A DNA stretch of 64,000 bases, taken from positions 1,360 to 65,359 of the forward strand of contig JAOUHN010000001.1 in the NCBI GenBank assembly GCA_029865125.1. The letters run 5' to 3'. The position numbers were made by a program, and so were the translations under genes. This document shows positions 62,929-64,000 of the stretch, piece after piece. How positions within the stretch are numbered: position 1 is the stretch's first letter; every line of letters starts with the position of its first letter. The notes beneath the pieces are model-generated. The model saw only the letters and a list, made by a program, of their open reading frames with translations, had not been told where the DNA came from and did no database searches. Origin of the DNA: Candidatus Moraniibacteriota bacterium. Lineage in GTDB: Bacteria > Patescibacteriota > Minisyncoccia > Moranbacterales > UBA9337.

Positions 62929-63717
62929 ATGTATGAAAAAATCCTGTCCGTTGCCGGACTTTCCCCAAAAGAAGCCGAGATATATGAAATTCTCCTAAAT
63001 ATCGGACAAGCCGAAGCAAGTGAGATATTCAAGCAAACTACCTATAAAAGAGGTTTATTATACAAGATTTTAGAGCAACTTATCGAAAAAGGGCTAATTG
63101 TTAAAATAGAAAAACCCCGCAAACCGGCCGTTTTCAGGGTAGAGCATCCCAACAAAATAACCGAGATGCTTGATTTGCAAGCACAAAAGGTAACTTACTA
63201 CAAAAAAAGTATTGAGGATTTGATGCCGCAGCTGATTTCCAACTATAATTTAGCCTTTCATAAGCCTGGAATCAGGTTTTTTGAAGGAAAAGAAGGCGTG
63301 AGAAGGGTTCTTGATGATACCCTCACCGCCAAAGAAACTATTTATACCTATGTTGACATGGAAGCCATTGTCGAACATATCAATGACATAAACAAGGCTT
63401 ATGTCAAAAAAAGAGAGAAATTGGACATCAAAAAAAAAGGAATCGTTCTAGACTCCCCTTTTACCCGAAAACTACTCAAGAATTATCATACTAGTGTCAC
63501 TGACACCAGATTCATGGACCACACTAAATATTCCTTCAGCTCTATAATGCAGATATATGACGACCGCGTTGCTTATATCTCCCTATCGGAAGATAGCTTC
63601 ACTTCAATCATCATCCAAGACAAAAACATTTATCAAATGCACAAACAAATCTTTGAATTCAACTGGCAAAATGCCAAAACCTATGAAGAGCTTACGCCTC
63701 TTTCTAAAGCGCAATAG
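62929..63717 (+). CDS. TrmB-family transcriptional regulator
   Basis: GLSPKEAEIY..LL..G...AS.I......RG..Y.IL..L..KGL winged HTH; P.IRFFEGKEG; IYDDRVA; IF...W. Confidence 0.92.
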   Translation: MYEKILSVAGLSPKEAEIYEILLNIGQAEASEIFKQTTYKRGLLYKILEQLIEKGLIVKIEKPRKPAVFRVEHPNKITEMLDLQAQKVTYYKKSIEDLMPQLISNYNLAFHKPGIRFFEGKEGVRRVLDDTLTAKETIYTYVDMEAIVEHINDINKAYVKKREKLDIKKKGIVLDSPFTRKLLKNYHTSVTDTRFMDHTKYSFSSIMQIYDDRVAYISLSEDSFTSIIIQDKNIYQMHKQIFEFNWQNAKTYEELTPLSKAQ

Positions 63718-64000
63718 ACACTCTTCTGGTCCTGGCTAAAAAAATATCTCGTGATCACAAAATGCTTCTTGTTCACCAACTCGTCAAGAAGCTTTCTTGT
63801 TTCATTTTCCCCAATGGGAAGAAACAGCACCATCCTGGAATCATCTTCGTTGTATGCATTCCCAAGATTATTTTGCATATGATATTCGGCAACATCTGCC
63901 TGAGACATCTTCTTGAAAAAATAATCCTTGCCCTGTCGTTCTTTTGCAAGACTAAATGTATATTCCCCCTCATACTCATATGCTCTAGTGGCCACAAATC
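63681..64000 (-). CDS. 3' end of a hypothetical protein (partial, runs off the window)
   Basis: Frame open to the window edge; convergent with the TrmB-like gene and overlapping its end. Confidence 0.5.
   Translation of the reverse strand, partial: FVATRAYEYEGEYTFSLAKERQGKDYFFKKMSQADVAEYHMQNNLGNAYNEDDSRMVLFLPIGENETRKLLDELVNKKHFVITRYFFSQDQKSVYCALERGVSSS

Overview
AT-rich bacterial chromosome segment. Gene content and order point to a Patescibacteria/CPR (Parcubacteria-like) genome using genetic code 11; this is an inference. The backbone is housekeeping: tilS-ftsH, rsmA, yifB/lspA/DksA-like/yraN, pnp, ahcY plus a PfkB kinase, pilB/pilC, groL with a CIRCE operator, ychF, a phosphomannomutase, trpS, gyrA, rpsO and five tRNAs (Val, two CAU, Asp, Leu). 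Three regions stand out. (1) A GC-richer minus-strand accessory operon (55.4-61.7 kb) lies divergent from a TrmB-like regulator. It has tandem near-consensus promoters, a ~550-nt hairpin-rich leader, six boxA-like GTTCTTT(G/A) sites and two copies of a ~170-nt structured element. It encodes a divergent DHH protein, a PLP cysteine-desulfurase-like enzyme, an apparently circularly permuted radical SAM protein, a second radical SAM protein and a P-loop kinase. (2) A ~610-nt promoter-to-terminator non-coding transcript (16.40 to 15.79 kb, minus strand) has many helices, a ~70-nt A-rich tract and a 15-nt exact match to the initiator tRNA anticodon arm. (3) A small two-radical-SAM islet follows tRNA-Asp. 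Intergenic DNA is rich in degenerate 7-9 bp tandem repeats and REP-like palindromes. All calls were made by eye from motifs; no database searches or folding programs were run.
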